In this document: positions 11,748 to 24,110 of the stretch, in pieces
Layout of the letters: each line of letters begins with the position of its first letter
How positions within the stretch are numbered: the stretch's first letter is position 1
NCBI GenBank assembly: GCA_964016885.1
Contig: OZ024741.1
Coordinates: forward strand, 23,870,001 to 23,934,000
Direction of reading: 5' to 3'
Length of the DNA stretch: 64,000 nt
DNA from: Eledone cirrhosa
Taxonomy: Eukaryota
Translations under genes and position numbers: made by a program
Notes under the pieces: model-generated
Told to the model about the DNA's origin: nothing
The model's input: the letters and a program-made list of their open reading frames with translations, nothing else
Database searches by the model: none

Positions 11748-11918
11748 CCACACTGTAAATGTGGTTGGTGTTAGGAAGGGCATCCAGCCGTAGAAAACCT
11801 GCCAGATAGTCCTATATGAGCGAGACACGGTCACCCGACCAGCCTTGCTTCAAGTGGGACAACTCCCGTCTAACCCATGCTAGCGTGGAAAATGGACGTT
11901 AAACGAAGATGATGATGA
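11748..11918 (+). mobile_element. RTE 3' tail fragment flanked by (AT)n
   Basis: GGAAGGGCATCCAGCC...CCCATGCTAGCGTGGAAAATGGACGTTAAACGAAGATGATGAT. Confidence 0.85.
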
Positions 11919-12072
11919 TATATATATATGTTTATATATATATGTATAATTAGTACAGATTAAAGTTTAGGCAAACAATTTCTGCTTTCACCCTATTCTG
12001 GGATCTTCTGAAATTCAGAATACAGTCCTTATTGAGCTCTCTTTGGATTTTGGTTTTTGTAATTGTTATTAC

Positions 12073-12357
12073 TCATCATCATCACTGTTTTACGTCCATT
12101 CTTCCACACTAACATGGGTTAGATGGGTTGTCTTGTGGGCCATGTTAGGCCGGGTGACCATACAGGAATTGATTTTGGCTTGATTAAGTTGGATGCCCTT
12201 CCTAACACCAACCTCATTTACAGTGAGTGCTGGGTGCTTTTTTTCGTGGCGCCTACATGACCACTTTACAGTGTGGGCTGGGTGCTTTTTGTCATGATAC
12301 CTCAACAACCACTTTGCAGTGGGAGGGGATGGGGGCATATTGTCTATATGCTTCAGG
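12073..12357 (-). mobile_element. RTE 3' UTR/tail fragment
   Basis: Colinear with 584-868. Confidence 0.85.
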
Positions 12358-13057
12358 TCTTCTATTTATATATATATAGTATAAAGTTTCATACACTTAA
12401 CACATGCTACCATTGGTTTCGGAGTTGAATCATGACCACCAATGTATATTGTAGCAGGCACTTTTTAACTAGCCCTTCATTCGAGCACTTGATTTATATA
12501 ATTGTTTATATATGCATGTTTGTGTATGTATATAAAACATTGTAAATCTTGGTTCTTTAACTGTTTCATTATTATATTTCTAGTAGATTGGTGGTGGATT
12601 GACAGAATTGGTAGTGTCGGACAATATGCTTTGCAGCATAGTTTTGGCCCTTTACTTCCACAAACATTGTGACTGAGATACATTTGTTTCCCTACAATTG
12701 CCAGCAGTGATGAGCTATTATTAGAAATTTCTTGGAGTTATCAGCTCTTTTGTTTTGAGATTATTTTCAACTGACATGGAGTTGGATTAACCGTTCTTTT
12801 CCCTCACGCTCTTCCAGAATAACACATCCAATCCCCTCACTCTCCTCCACAGTAACACATTTGCAAAGGACATGGGATGTTAGCATTATCAATGAATTTT
12901 TTTTTATTGTTACAAATTTGTTTTAAAATTTTATATTCTTTTGTCTAAAAGCAAATATATCTAGCTTCTTTATACCCCCCCCTCTCTCTCTCTCCAATAT
13001 GACACAGCTTTATCACATTAAAGTTGGCATTTTTTGTGGTGTAAAACGGCTGGAAAG

Positions 13058-13083
13058 TGTCTGTCTCTGTCTGTCTCTGTCTG

Positions 13084-13128
<45 letters not shown>

Positions 13129-13137
13129 GTCTGTCTG
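13058..13137. repeat. (TCTG)n-type microsatellite
   Basis: Direct reading of the sequence. Confidence 0.9.
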
Positions 13138-13272
13138 GTGGAGAGCAATGGTTGTGGTGGTGATTGCATGTCTTTATGGAAAGGGAATAAGAGAGAACAG
13201 GGTCAGTTTCAAGTGATTTGGTACCAAAAGTGTTGATGATATTACTGCTGTCTTGGTTTGTGCATATTGTTG

Positions 13273-13563
13273 GACAATATGCCCCCACACCCTCCCACTG
13301 CAAGGTGGTCGTGGAGGTGCCACGGCAAAAAGTACCCAGCCCACACTGTAAAGTGGGTGGACGTGTAGGTGCCACGAAAAAGCACCCAGCACTCACTGTA
13401 AATGAGGTTGGTGTTAGGAAGGGCATCCAGCTGTAGAAATCAAGCCAAATCAGTTCTTGTATGAGCAAGGCATGGTCAGCCAACCAGACACTGCCTACAA
13501 CAGGACAACCCGTCTAACCCATGCTAGCGTGGAAGAACGGACGTAAAACGGTGATGATGATGA
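13273..13563 (+). mobile_element. RTE 3' UTR/tail, well-preserved copy
   Basis: Near-identical reverse complement of 584-860. Confidence 0.88.
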
Positions 13564-13639
13564 AAGGTTGGGTGAAATGAGAATGAAGCTGTAGTTGAAT
13601 CAACTTCTATTTCTATTGTTCTGATCCATGAGCAAATCA

Positions 13640-13815
13640 CAGTATCGGTAGAGGGTCGGACGCCATGCTTTCCAGCATAGTTACGTCCCTTTACGATCTG
13701 AGTTCAAATCCCGCTGAGGTTGACTTTGCCTTTCATCCTTATGGGGTCGATAAAATAAAGTACCACTAATGCACTGAGTAATTGCTGGCCTTGTGCCTAA
13801 AGTAGAAACAATTAT
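13640..13815 (+). mobile_element. tRNA-derived SINE, second family (other copies listed separately)
   Basis: CAGTATCGGTAGAG A-box region, GAGTTCAAATCC B box, core GCCTTTCATCCTTA.GGGGTCGATAAAATAAAGTACCA, tail GGCCTTGTGCCTAAAGTAGAAACAATTAT. Confidence 0.85.
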
Positions 13816-14589
13816 TTCTAAATCAGTTGACCTATTTAAGGTATATAGAAAATGTGACCCAGAAAATAATATACATTTTATTTTACAGGAAATGAGTCAT
13901 AAGATATTTGTAACTTTACTTTCAGTTACACATATTAACAATTTTGACATTGAGCTGTAAGTCTTCTAAGTATATTATGATAATTCCCTTACTCACCATG
14001 AAGCTAAAATGAAGCTTTTTTCTGATTCTCTAAGTTATGTTGAAATATGTACTTACTTGGGCTGTATAATTTATTTTGTGTTGTGTGGTTTCCTGTCTTT
14101 TTTTTTCACATGAGTCAGTTGCTGGTTGACATTGAATTTACTTGGCTTCTTATCTCTTCAAACCAACTTTTCCATTAGATGGTGGCGGATATTAAACTTT
14201 CACTTCAATACCATTTGATGTGGGCAGTTTTATCAAAAAGGAATTTAAAATCATCCCCTTTTTTAGTGCTTTTAGCACCGTGGCCTTTTTGACTGTCTAG
14301 CAAAAAAAAAAAAAATCTCAAACCATTATAGTTGACAGCTTCCTTTTAGAGAATGTCAGTACCTCATTCATTTGTGAAGCTGGTAAACAATTATACATTG
14401 TAAGCTGTTTTAATAGTTTATTATACATTATTCTATGTACTATACATGCACCTTTGATAAGTTGTAGTGCACTGTACACAATAATTTTCATTATTATATG
14501 TACTGGGTAATTGCTGGCCTTGTGCCTAAAGTAGAAACAATTATTATATTTTCATTAAACATTTGTGTTATAGGCCATCACTAAGTGTT

Positions 14590-15325
14590 GCACATTGTGT
14601 TGAAAAAATGTTTGGATTGTTCAACCAATCACAAACAGCATGATAATGTAATCGACCAATAGTAATAGTCATATTGTGGGTCTTGTCAGAAGCAACTGTT
14701 TCCAACTGATCCAGCTGGATCTCCAAGTGATACCAGTTCATCTCATAGATGTTATCCAACCATCTTGCTTGGGGTCTAATCTTGGATCCCCTACTGGCTG
14801 GTTTTGCCTGTAAAATCTGTCCAATTCTTTCTTGAGACATTCTAACCACATGCCTATAGTATTGGAGCTGTGATCTTTCAATTCAGAGAAGTAGTGGCTC
14901 TATCTGGAGTGACTCTCTGATCTCTGCACTCTATTGAGAAACGTTACTCCAAAGACCCTCTGGAGAAACCCCATTTTGGCCACTTGTATTTGCAATCATA
15001 TTTTTTCGGTCATTACCCAAGATTCATGACCATAGGTAAGCGTTGACACAAATACCAAATTGAAGATAGCATGTTTGACTTTTATACCTACCTCCCTTCT
15101 TATAATTACAGAATGCATTACTGCACCAAGCTCCTGCAATTTTTCACTTAATTCAGCCTCCTAATTTCCATCACTTGTGAACATGGCCCCAAGATACTTG
15201 AACTTCTCCACCTGATTCAGTGGAACTCCATTCACATGTAGTGCACTACAGAAAGACGAGTGTCTCAGTTTTCACAGCACTGATTTTCATTCCAGCCATG
15301 CAGCATTCGGCTTCAAACCTATCAA
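14590..15325 (-). mobile_element. Degraded RTE LINE ORF2 fragment (different subfamily)
   Basis: Minus-strand pieces QVEKFKYLG.MFTSDG, TYGHESWVMT, HVVRMSQER...RPQARWLDNI, with stops and frameshifts. Confidence 0.75.
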
Positions 15326-15334
15326 ATGTTAGTG

Positions 15335-15890
15335 TCTCTGACTTAATTAGCAGCGAAGGAGGGAGCTCTAAGAGCATAATAGCTAGAATGATAGAGAGCT
15401 ACTCCCACTGATGACAAAATGTTTCTCCCTGCATACAAAAGGACTGTACGACACCTGTGTGTGAAGTGCAATGCTGCATGGTAGTGAAACATGGACAGTG
15501 ACTGCAGAAGATATGCGTAGGCTGGAGAGAAATGAAGCAGCCATGCTTCATTGGATGTGCAATGTGTGAGAGAAAGGCAGAGCTTGGAGGAACTGAGGGA
15601 GAAACTGGGTTTAAGACGAATTAAGTGTGCAGGAGAGAAGACTGTATTGATACAGACATATGGTGCTCATGGACGATGACCAATGGGTGAAGAGTGTCAG
15701 GAAATGCCAGTGTAAGGAAGCCACAGTAGAGGTAAACTGAGAATGACGAGCAAAGGTAGTGAGAGCTGACCTCAAATTGCTGAGACTCGCAGTGGAGATG
15801 ACAAAGAAACACAGTGAGTGAAGAGATGCTATGCTGAGGACCCATCCAACCCATGCAAGTGGAAAAACGGACATAAAACCGATGATGATA
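15335..15890 (+). mobile_element. Degraded RTE 3' fragment (ORF2 end plus tail)
   Basis: AMLHGSETW...RLERNEAAMLHWMCN homology; ends CCCATGCAAGTGGAAAAACGGACATAAAACCGATGATGAT. Confidence 0.82.
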
Positions 15891-16409
15891 CACACTCACA
15901 CACACACACTACAATGACTAAAGACTGTTTATAATTTGAATTCAGCACCCTCATCCTTCATAAGACTTGCTGAAATATAAAGTAAAATTTCTACCTGAAA
16001 AGTCTCGTGAAAGATGAAAACACTAGACTTAAATCATAAACTGTTTCACCGGCTGTTTCAATTTAAAGTTATGGTTTGAGAAAATATGCAAACTAAAAAA
16101 TCTTGTGTCGGCAATATCTCAATGTAGACTGAAAGGAATATGATATTGAAACTGGGGTTGGTGTTAACTCTTAACCCTTTAGCATTTAAACCAGCTGTAT
16201 CCAGCCATAATTCTCTCGCATCCTTCTGTTAACTCTCCAATGAATGCTTTAAATATGTTGATCATGTGAAGTTACTAGAAAACTAAAAATAACTTTGTTA
16301 AAACATCACCAGATACACTCATAAATTTGTTTGTTTGTAATAATGCAGCTTTCTCTGTTTATTGTTCGTCTATATAATTTATGTAATAATGCAGCTTACT
16401 CTTTATTGT

Positions 16410-16812
16410 TCATCACCATCATCATTTAGCGGCTATTTTCCACACTTGCATGCATTAGACGGGTTGTTTCATTTGAGGCAAGCCAGGTCAGGTGACCGTT
16501 TCTTGGTCATATAGAACTGTTTCTAGCTTAGTTTCTATGGCTGCATGCCCTTCCTAACACCAACCACTTTACAGTGTGGGTTGGGTGCTTTTTGTCGTGA
16601 TACCAACATGACCACTTTATAGTGTGGAATGAATACTTTTTTTGTGACTCCTACACGACCACTTTACAATGTGTGCTGGATGCTTTTTGTCATGATACTT
16701 ACATGACCACTTTACAGTGTGGGCTGGGTGCTTTTTGGTGCAACACCTACACAACCACTTTACAGTGTGTGTGTTGGGTGTCTTATTGTGTCACTGTAAC
16801 AACCACTTTATA
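16410..16812 (-). mobile_element. RTE 3' UTR with an expanded internal ~46-bp repeat
   Basis: About 5-6 copies of ACCACTTTACAGTGTG..CTGGGTGCTTTTTGTC.TGA.ACC.AC. Confidence 0.8.
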
Positions 16813-17414
16813 GTGACCTATGATTATCAAATACTTTTGAAAATAATATAGAATTTGGTATCTGAGAGCACAAGTAAGACTGGATAAGACACCATTTCAG
16901 CACAGGGCTCACTCCCCAACTACCTCTGGTGGTTATTTTCATCTGAAATGAAGTACTTTGCTCCACAACACACCATCTTGTCTGGGAATCACATCTGTGA
17001 TCTTATGATTGTTAGCCTTAGCAACTAGACTGAATTTGTTCACAATCATTTTACTGAAAGTCTAAAAAGAATAAAAGAGATATATTATAAGTGTTAATGT
17101 TATCGGTGTATGTATCAACTACATTGTCCTATTGGTTAACCAGATAGCAGTTAGATTCAACTTTGTTCTGTAATTGTTGATAAATTAGTTAGGCGCTTCT
17201 GTTCACTAAGGGTAATTTACCCAATTTTCTCAACTCTTATCTATAGTGATCAACTGTTGTTACAATTATTTTCTGAGTTTGGGACACCCAGATTTTCAGC
17301 TAGTTGGTGCCTATTTGTCAGGAAAATTGCTTGGATTGCCAGAATTTAAATATAAGGTGGTGGATTGACAGAATCATTAGAACATCAGACAAAATACCCT
17401 TTGCTATTTAGTTG

Positions 17415-17900
17415 TGCTCATCATAAGGTGGGTTGCACTATATGTGCTATTTAGAAAGCCAAACAAGCCGCAGTTTGCCCATAACTGATCTAGAAGAACA
17501 GGAGGAATGTAATTCTAGATCAGTGATTCCCAACTTTTTCACCACCAATGACCCCTTTTATTTATATCAATTCTTCCATAGTCTCCCTGTTGTAATTATT
17601 CCCTTCCTAAATGTTTATATGGTGATCATAATCAAAAGGGAGAAATTTTTTATTATACTTAAAGAAGAACAGATGATACCCAATGGTGTATATATGTTTT
17701 TAATATAGCATTTGAAACTTTGAAATTAGCTTACAGGCTCCCAGTGCTATCATTATGAACTCCGTATAGTAACTGTCGTTTTAGATCAGTCATGAGCAAA
17801 CTGCAGCTTGTTTCGCTTTCTGAATGGTACACCTAATTTCAAAATTGCCTTGAAATTTTCAGTAGTGCAGCCCACCTTATGATGAGCCACATCCTATGCG
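17415..17900. mobile_element. Cluster of hAT-like MITE ends
   Basis: GCAGTTTGCCCATAACTG end at about 17470-17488 and an inverted CAGTCATGAGCAAACTGCAG end at about 17787. A CAGTGATTCCCAAC end follows TCTAGA at 17521. A related copy lies at 63360-63470. Confidence 0.5.
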
Positions 17901-18332
17901 TTCCATTGCTTGAAAAGGTATGCACATGCCTGTTCTAGATAATATAGCTTGGGTAAGATGTTCATTGTGGAGATTGAAATTTAAAATACGGTGGTTGTGC
18001 TGATGCCACAACAAAAGAAAAAAGCAAGCTGTTCACCTTATAAGATGGTTGTTTTGGTGCCACAACAAAAAACACCCAGTCCAAGTACTCAGGCTTCATA
18101 ACCAAAGGAAGGCTACACTGGCAATGGATTGATGGAATCATAGACATATTCTGCATCTCTGGCATAATGTTATTGCAGGGGCCTCATACCTTACTGCAGA
18201 TCACCCATTTTATCTGTCTGGTTTGTTTTATTTAGTTTCTGTAACAATTTTTCAGTTTTAAAGAAAAATTCCTTAAAATTCTAACATGGTTGATGTAAAA
18301 TGCTGATGAAATATTTTCCTTTTTTATTCCAG

Positions 18333-18422
18333 ACGGAACAACAGTTGGACTGCGCATTAGATTTGATGCGAAGACTGCCGCCACAACAAATCGAAGAAAA
18401 TTTAAGTGCACTTATAGATATT
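18333..18422 (+). CDS. CAPZB: F-actin capping protein beta subunit, first visible coding exon (equivalent to vertebrate exon 2)
   Basis: ttttattccag acceptor; 90 nt encoding [30 protein letters not shown]; GTAAGT donor. Matches the conserved CPbeta N-terminus ([15 protein letters not shown]). No upstream ATG in this exon. Confidence 0.97.
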
Positions 18423-18509
18423 GTAAGTAGTAGATTTGTTTTTATTAATATAGAGGATTGGATAGTTTTGATGGCACATTTGACAGAATTCCATGCTGAA
18501 GAAGATAAG

Positions 18510-18860
18510 AATGAGGGCTGTACAGACCATGGTGCATGGTTGTAGGAATCGTTAATGAGTACACTGTTGAATTTAGTGTCCCAGTGGGAGTCCACAAAGA
18601 ATCACTCCTCAACCCTCTGCAGTTTATTATAGTTCTCCAGGCCATAACTCAGGTATTCTTATATGCTGATTTAGCCATATATGTCGAAACAAGAGAAGAA
18701 CTAGAGAAGTTCCAGACCTGGAATAAAATGGCCTCAAGTTTTGGTCAGTAGGAAAAAGAATAAGACTGCTACCATCAAAGAAATGGTTGCACTCAATATG
18801 TATGAAAGGAGTAGGTAAGAGTTCCATATAATGTACCCAGTGTAGACTGTGAACACAGAT
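18510..18860 (+). mobile_element. Degraded RTE reverse transcriptase fragment
   Basis: EFSVPVGVHKESLLNPLQFIIVLQAIT..FLYADL is a decayed GVHQGSVLSPLLF...YADD motif, followed by a decayed start of the PHD-like region. Confidence 0.75.
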
Positions 18861-19011
18861 ATGTGAGATCTTTCAACTGTTTACCTTGCCATTTACATTA
18901 TTGTGAGGAACTCTGGCACGCACAGTAGATGAGTTCACCTTGTTTTCTAAAACTGCAACATTCTGAACTCTTTGTCCACACTCTACTGATATTGAGTTAA
19001 ATACAATATTA

Positions 19012-20285
19012 TCATCATCATCGTTTAACGTCCATCTTCCACGCTAGCATGGGTTGGACGGGATTGTCCTACTTGAGGCAAGATTGGTCGGGTGACTGTG
19101 TCTTGCTAGTATAGAACTGTATCTGGCAGGTTTTTTACGGCTGAATGCTCTTCCTAACACCAACCACATTTACAGTGTGGATTGAGAGCTTTTTTTTACC
19201 GTGTTTCTTACACAACCACTTTACAGCATGGACAGGGTGCTTTTTGTCATGACACTTACATGACCACTTTACAGTGTGGACTGGATGTTCTGTGGAACCA
19301 ACTTAACTTTACAGAGAAAGGGTGGTGTGGGTGGAAGTAGGAGGATGGAATAGGGGTAGTGAGGTGGAATGTATATTTGGTTGAGAGGTGCCTACTGACT
19401 GTAGGTTTAACTTTGTACGTAAGGGAAGGCGGGTCTTCTGTATTACTGCATAGCGCCAAAGTTCTCGATCCAGTGACATTGTCTTGGAGAGGTGTAAGTG
19501 TGCAAGGTCAGATTTTATGTCGTCCCAGGTTTTTCTGGGTCTACCTACTCCATAGCTTCCATCAGTTTTGATCGCCCTGCACTTTTTTATACAGCTGTCG
19601 TCTTTCATGCGCATCACATGACCATACCTCTCAAGTAAACAGCATCTGATCCCTCTTATTCCTAATTTCTCACTTAGTTCATTTGTTTTGCCATTTATGT
19701 ATATTACTATTACACATCCAACGGAGCATACATGCTTTGTTCCTTTCCAATCTGTGCAGGTCCTCTGCACACAATGTCCAAGTCTCACTGCCATGTAACA
19801 TTGTTGTTCGTATACATGCATCATACAATCTGCATTTCATTTTTAGAGAGCAACCTTTTGTGGCCAACAGCGGTATTAGCTCTCAGAACTTTTTCCGTCC
19901 TGTTCTAACTCTGGCTACTGTACTTTCAGAGCACCCTCCTCCACTGCTGATTTTGTCACCCAGGTAACAGAAAGTGTCTATTATTTCTATAGAACCATCT
20001 GGGCAGTTGAATGAGCTAATATCCAGTGGGCACTTGCTACTTACTGCACCTGAGCATCTGCCACATATAGAATCTACATTCTTAGATAGCTTGCCTGTGA
20101 TCCCACTACATCTTTTATTATGTACCCATAGTTTGCATTTGGGACATAGAATGGAATTTCTACCTACTCCTTTCTTACACACTGAGCATGGCCATTTCCA
20201 AGAGGGCACCTGTGCTCTATTTTCCTTTCTACATACTAGAACTTTAGTCTTAGACAAGTTAACTTTAAGGCCTTTTGATTGATTA
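19012..20285 (-). mobile_element. 5'-truncated RTE LINE, second PHD-containing copy (frameshifted)
   Basis: KGLKVNLSKTKVL...WPCSVCKKGVGRNSILCPKCKLWVH.KRC...CGRC...DTFCYLGDKISSGGGC; MLHGSETW; YGHVMRM; (GAT)n tail at about 19012. Confidence 0.92.
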
Positions 20286-20469
20286 GAATTATTTAACACA
20301 CTGCCTTGATTTTCTTGGGAGATAAATATAACTTTGACGAGTAGAATAAACTATAGTTTGGTAGTTTTGCAATTTTGGTTCAAAAGTTATGAATGTGTTT
20401 TGATTTTGAGAGAAAATAAAAGAAACCAAGGTCATAAGTAGTATATTTTATCATTTATTGAAGTTATCT

Positions 20470-21250
20470 TCATGACTACTGCCTGAAGTATCACTTCACC
20501 ACCACTGACTTCATCTTCAGACTCTTCAGCATCTTCAATGGCTCTAATATGCTTGTAAAGCTTGTTTAGATGAGAATTAGCCTTGTTAATGCATCCTTGG
20601 ACTGTTTTGCTCTCCAGATTCTGAAATGATGCATACAGTCATGTCAGCACTTGCTCGAAGGTGGTGTTTATGGTGTACTGTCTTCCCACTTCTCGCTTGA
20701 CAATGGCCCATACAAGCTTGATCGGCTGCAAATTGGAATGATGCGGTGGAGAAAAGATGACCTCTTTCTCTTGCCGTGGAACAAACAACTGGAAAGACGT
20801 GTAGTTTGCTGTACTCCCTCAGCTTTTCCTATAGCACACACTTCAGATCTCATGCTTCAAATAGAATCTCTCATTCTCGACATGCCATCTGCACTTGAGC
20901 CTTCTCCACGATCCTTTTGGTGTCATATTCTGCTCTGAAATTTCTCGTTTCAACAAATTTAGTTCAGATTTCGCTACAGAGCTTATTATTACGACCAAAG
21001 ACAGTCACTGTACGGTTCGTGGCATCTGCATTCTTCTTCATTCACCTTGGTCTCTTATTACTGTGTAGCATGACATGTTCATGACAAAATTTGCCTTGTA
21101 CAGAGAGAATATCCAGCTTCTCTTCCTTGGTAAGACTCCTAGGTTGATTTCTAGTTTTTCACAAAACTCACCACAGATTCGAGAAATGGTTCATCCACAA
21201 CCTTATGCCTCTTCTTGTGAGTATAAGAAACATTTCCCTGTCTTTTGTTT
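20470..21250 (-). mobile_element. Tc1/mariner-IS630 superfamily transposase relic (Sailor/DD82E-like), internally deleted
   Basis: Minus-strand pieces across stops and frameshifts: FVKTRNQPRSLTKEEKLDIL; TPKGSW; DLKCVL*EKLREYSKLHVFPVVCSTARERGH; IFSPPHHSNLQPIKLVWAIVKREVGRQYTINTTFEQV...VQGCINKA. PPxHxxLxPIE.VW is the third catalytic-residue motif. Confidence 0.78.
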
Positions 21251-21859
21251 CTTCTCGGCTCCAAAATACGATCTTCAACTTGATCCTTTTTTTTTTTTAT
21301 TTCTTTCCATTACTTTTGTTCTGGAGGGGAGAGAAAAATAATTAATGGTACAAAAGAAAGATCTCAACGAGCTCTATCCAACGATATAATGGGTTTAAAA
21401 TAGCAGTAAAAACACAAAATAGGTGTCAATGGTGTTGCGGACTGTGAATTCATAGTTAATATGATTGTATTCTATTGAACTTCTAATACCCAACTATGAA
21501 CAATGTGTATTGGAATAATGAATTTATTAATACATGTATACAACTATAGTGTATGTGCAGGCAGTCATAGTCAGCCTTTGTGATATGTATATCTTCATTT
21601 AACATGTTTTCTCTGTTAGTCTATAACAATCTGTCAAACCCATGCTAAGTTAATACTTAATTGGGGCTACTGGGTGTCTGCATCTTATTTACATACATTC
21701 TTGCACTTTGCAAACTGTACTGAGTGCATTTTATCGTGGCACCAGCTCTAGGAAGGTTATTATGTCTTTGACATAGCTGAAGAATCCTCTTGATTCTTTG
21801 TTTAGCAAATTTCCAAGCACTTTATAACCATAGCATAGAAAGCAGTTACAGAATGATGT

Positions 21860-22040
21860 CATCATCATCACCGTTTAATGTCCTTTTTTCCAAGTCTTGC
21901 TCATACAGAACTGATTCTGGCTTGATTTCTATGGCTGGATACTCTTTCTAATGCTAATGTTTACAGTGTGGGCTGGGTGCTTTTTGTTTTGACACCTACA
22001 TGACCACTTTAGAGTGTGGGCTATGTGCTTATGTCATGGC
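21860..22040 (-). mobile_element. Degraded RTE 3' tail
   Basis: (CAT)n CACCGTTTAA...GAACTGATTCTGGCTTGATTTCTA...TTTACAGTGTGGGCTGGGTGC. Confidence 0.7.
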
Positions 22041-22638
22041 TCCAAAGATAGGGTTAATTGATTGTACCAGACTGGATTTGAAATAGAATGTTCATTTCTA
22101 AACTAAGTAATAGCCGTTTTATAATATAGTCTGACTGTCTCAAGCCTACAGGCTCGTGCTTATCCTGGGTTCATTGGTATTAAGTGACTGAGAGAACAAG
22201 ACAGCAGTCTATTGTAGGGTTAACTCCTAGCTTCTGCTGGTACTAACTTTTTTTTTTAGCTAAATGGTCTGAAGCAACATGAAAGGAAATGTCTTGGGGC
22301 TTAATGTGCTGCCCAATCTGGGAATTAAACTCAAGTTCTTGAGTCCAATACCCTGTCCACTAGGTTGTGTACCGTCATCTTAATAATTTTATCTGAGGCA
22401 TTTAGACAGTTTTCAACCACATTGACTTTACATGTCAGAGATCTGTAAAGGCCTTAGTTACTGCCCCTATATCTAGGACTAAGTAATTAAAAAAAAAAGT
22501 TCTGTTAGAACTATTTTTATTTTCTAAATTCTTTGGGTTTCTTTATATTTAACCCATTTATTACTTTATTTCTAAGGTAAGACTCTGCTTATATGTTTAA
22601 GACAGATTTGAAAATAATAATTTGAAGGGATTTAGTAA

Positions 22639-22825
22639 TATAATTGTTTCTACTTTAGGTACAAGGCCAGCAATTACCCAGTGCATTACTGGTACTTTAT
22701 TCTATCGACCCCGTAAGGATGAAAGGCAAAGTCAACCTCGGCGGGATTTGAACTCAGATCGTAAAGGGACGTAACTATGCTGGAAAGCATGGCGTCCGAC
22801 CCTCTACCGATACTGCCAATCCAAT
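22639..22825 (-). mobile_element. tRNA-derived SINE, second family
   Basis: Reverse complement of 13640-13815; near-identical to 58233-58422. Confidence 0.88.
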
Positions 22826-22992
22826 AATAATCAATAATTTGAAGGGATTTATAAATATAATAATCACTGGTGTTTGGATGTAACTTAAGGTTCTTACATA
22901 AAACTATAATGGAAGGGTTTTAGATCAGTGTGTACTTTAAAACAAAGGCAGTTTGGTATGACAAGTATTATTTTTTGTTTTTCATTATCAAT

Positions 22993-23156
22993 TTAACCCT
23001 TTAGCATTTAATCCAGCTGTATCCAGCCAGAATTCTCTCGCCTCTTTAACCGGCCACTCATACCTATGTTAAGGTATTGTTCTCAAATTAATATCAAAAT
23101 CTCATAGATTCAATATCATTTCTGTGAAAATATGATAGTAAATACTAAAGGATTAA
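22993..23156. mobile_element. TTAA-flanked MITE (piggyBac-like)
   Basis: TTAA|CCCTTTAGCATTTA ... TAAATACTAAAGGA|TTAA inverted ends with two mismatches. The same left end recurs at 16171. Confidence 0.65.
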
Positions 23157-23207
23157 CAGCTGATTATGGTGAATGTATATAATTTACAGCTTTTGTTTCC
23201 ACCATAG

Positions 23208-23329
23208 GCACCTCCTTTATGTGAAGATTTACTTTCTTCTGTTGACCAACCATTAAAAGTAGCCATTGACAAGCTTACAGGACGTGATTATCTGCTGTGT
23301 GACTACAATAGAGATGGCGATTCTTACAG
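23208..23329 (+). CDS. CAPZB: CAPZB coding exon (exon 3 equivalent)
   Basis: ccaccatag acceptor; 122 nt, [40 protein letters not shown](R); GTAAAT donor; in frame with the previous exon. Confidence 0.97.
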
Positions 23330-23829
23330 GTAAATTTGTTTGTTTTACCAGATTTCAACAATTTTTATTCAGAGCTAAATTTAATTTTGATAGGGCAGAA
23401 TGACCTAGTGTTTTGGGGGTGGGTGGGAGTGGGCTTCTATTTTTGTATTTAGCTATTTTGAAAACAAATGTAAATGAATATATTTATAAAATTATGAAAC
23501 TTAAATTAATGAAATGGATCAATAATCTATTATGTTATGAATCTTCAAATAAATTAAAACATATATAATTAAATATAACATACAAGCATTACAAAAGCAG
23601 GGGGGTAGTCTTGTAAGTGTCATGGTAGGTTTCATACTTACCATTGATTCTTTTTCAGACCATAGTTTTGGTCTCTCCAAATATCTCAATACAATCATAT
23701 ATTAATCTGTAATGTTATGTGCAATGAAGTTACAGAAAAATATTTTTCTTTTTTCTCACAAATGATTCATTTAATTAAAACTTGTTGACCTATAATATCT
23801 ATCAGCTCTTCAGATATAATGGAAATGAA

Positions 23830-24110
23830 ACAATTGGTATGTCCTGCCCCCTTTTGTAATGTGCTGTTTTAAGAACTTATTATATTTAGTAATAAGTTCC
23901 AGGAGCCCAAAGTAGTTGATGTTAAGAAGTGAATCAACTTTGTGGTTACCAGCTCTGAAAGTCAAACCACATTCTGACAATACTTTGATCACACTAACAA
24001 GTCTGTGTAACAGCTTTTTTCAATATGTAGTCAGTTCATTAAATTCTCTTTGCATAACTGAATCAACACATCTATGAGTATCAGTTTCATGAATAAAAAT
24101 TCTTATAACA
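23830..24110 (-). mobile_element. hAT transposase fragment (ZMYM1-like/DUF4371 region)
   Basis: RLVSVIKVLSECGLTFRAG...NINYFGLLELITKYNKFLKQHI resembles I.FL...GLAFRG...NGNFLGLLEL.A.YD..L..H. Confidence 0.7.

Noticed and set aside
18300-18545. 81-aa ORF as a stand-alone gene
   Set aside because: Only 18333-18422 is CAPZB exon; the flanks are intron read-through.
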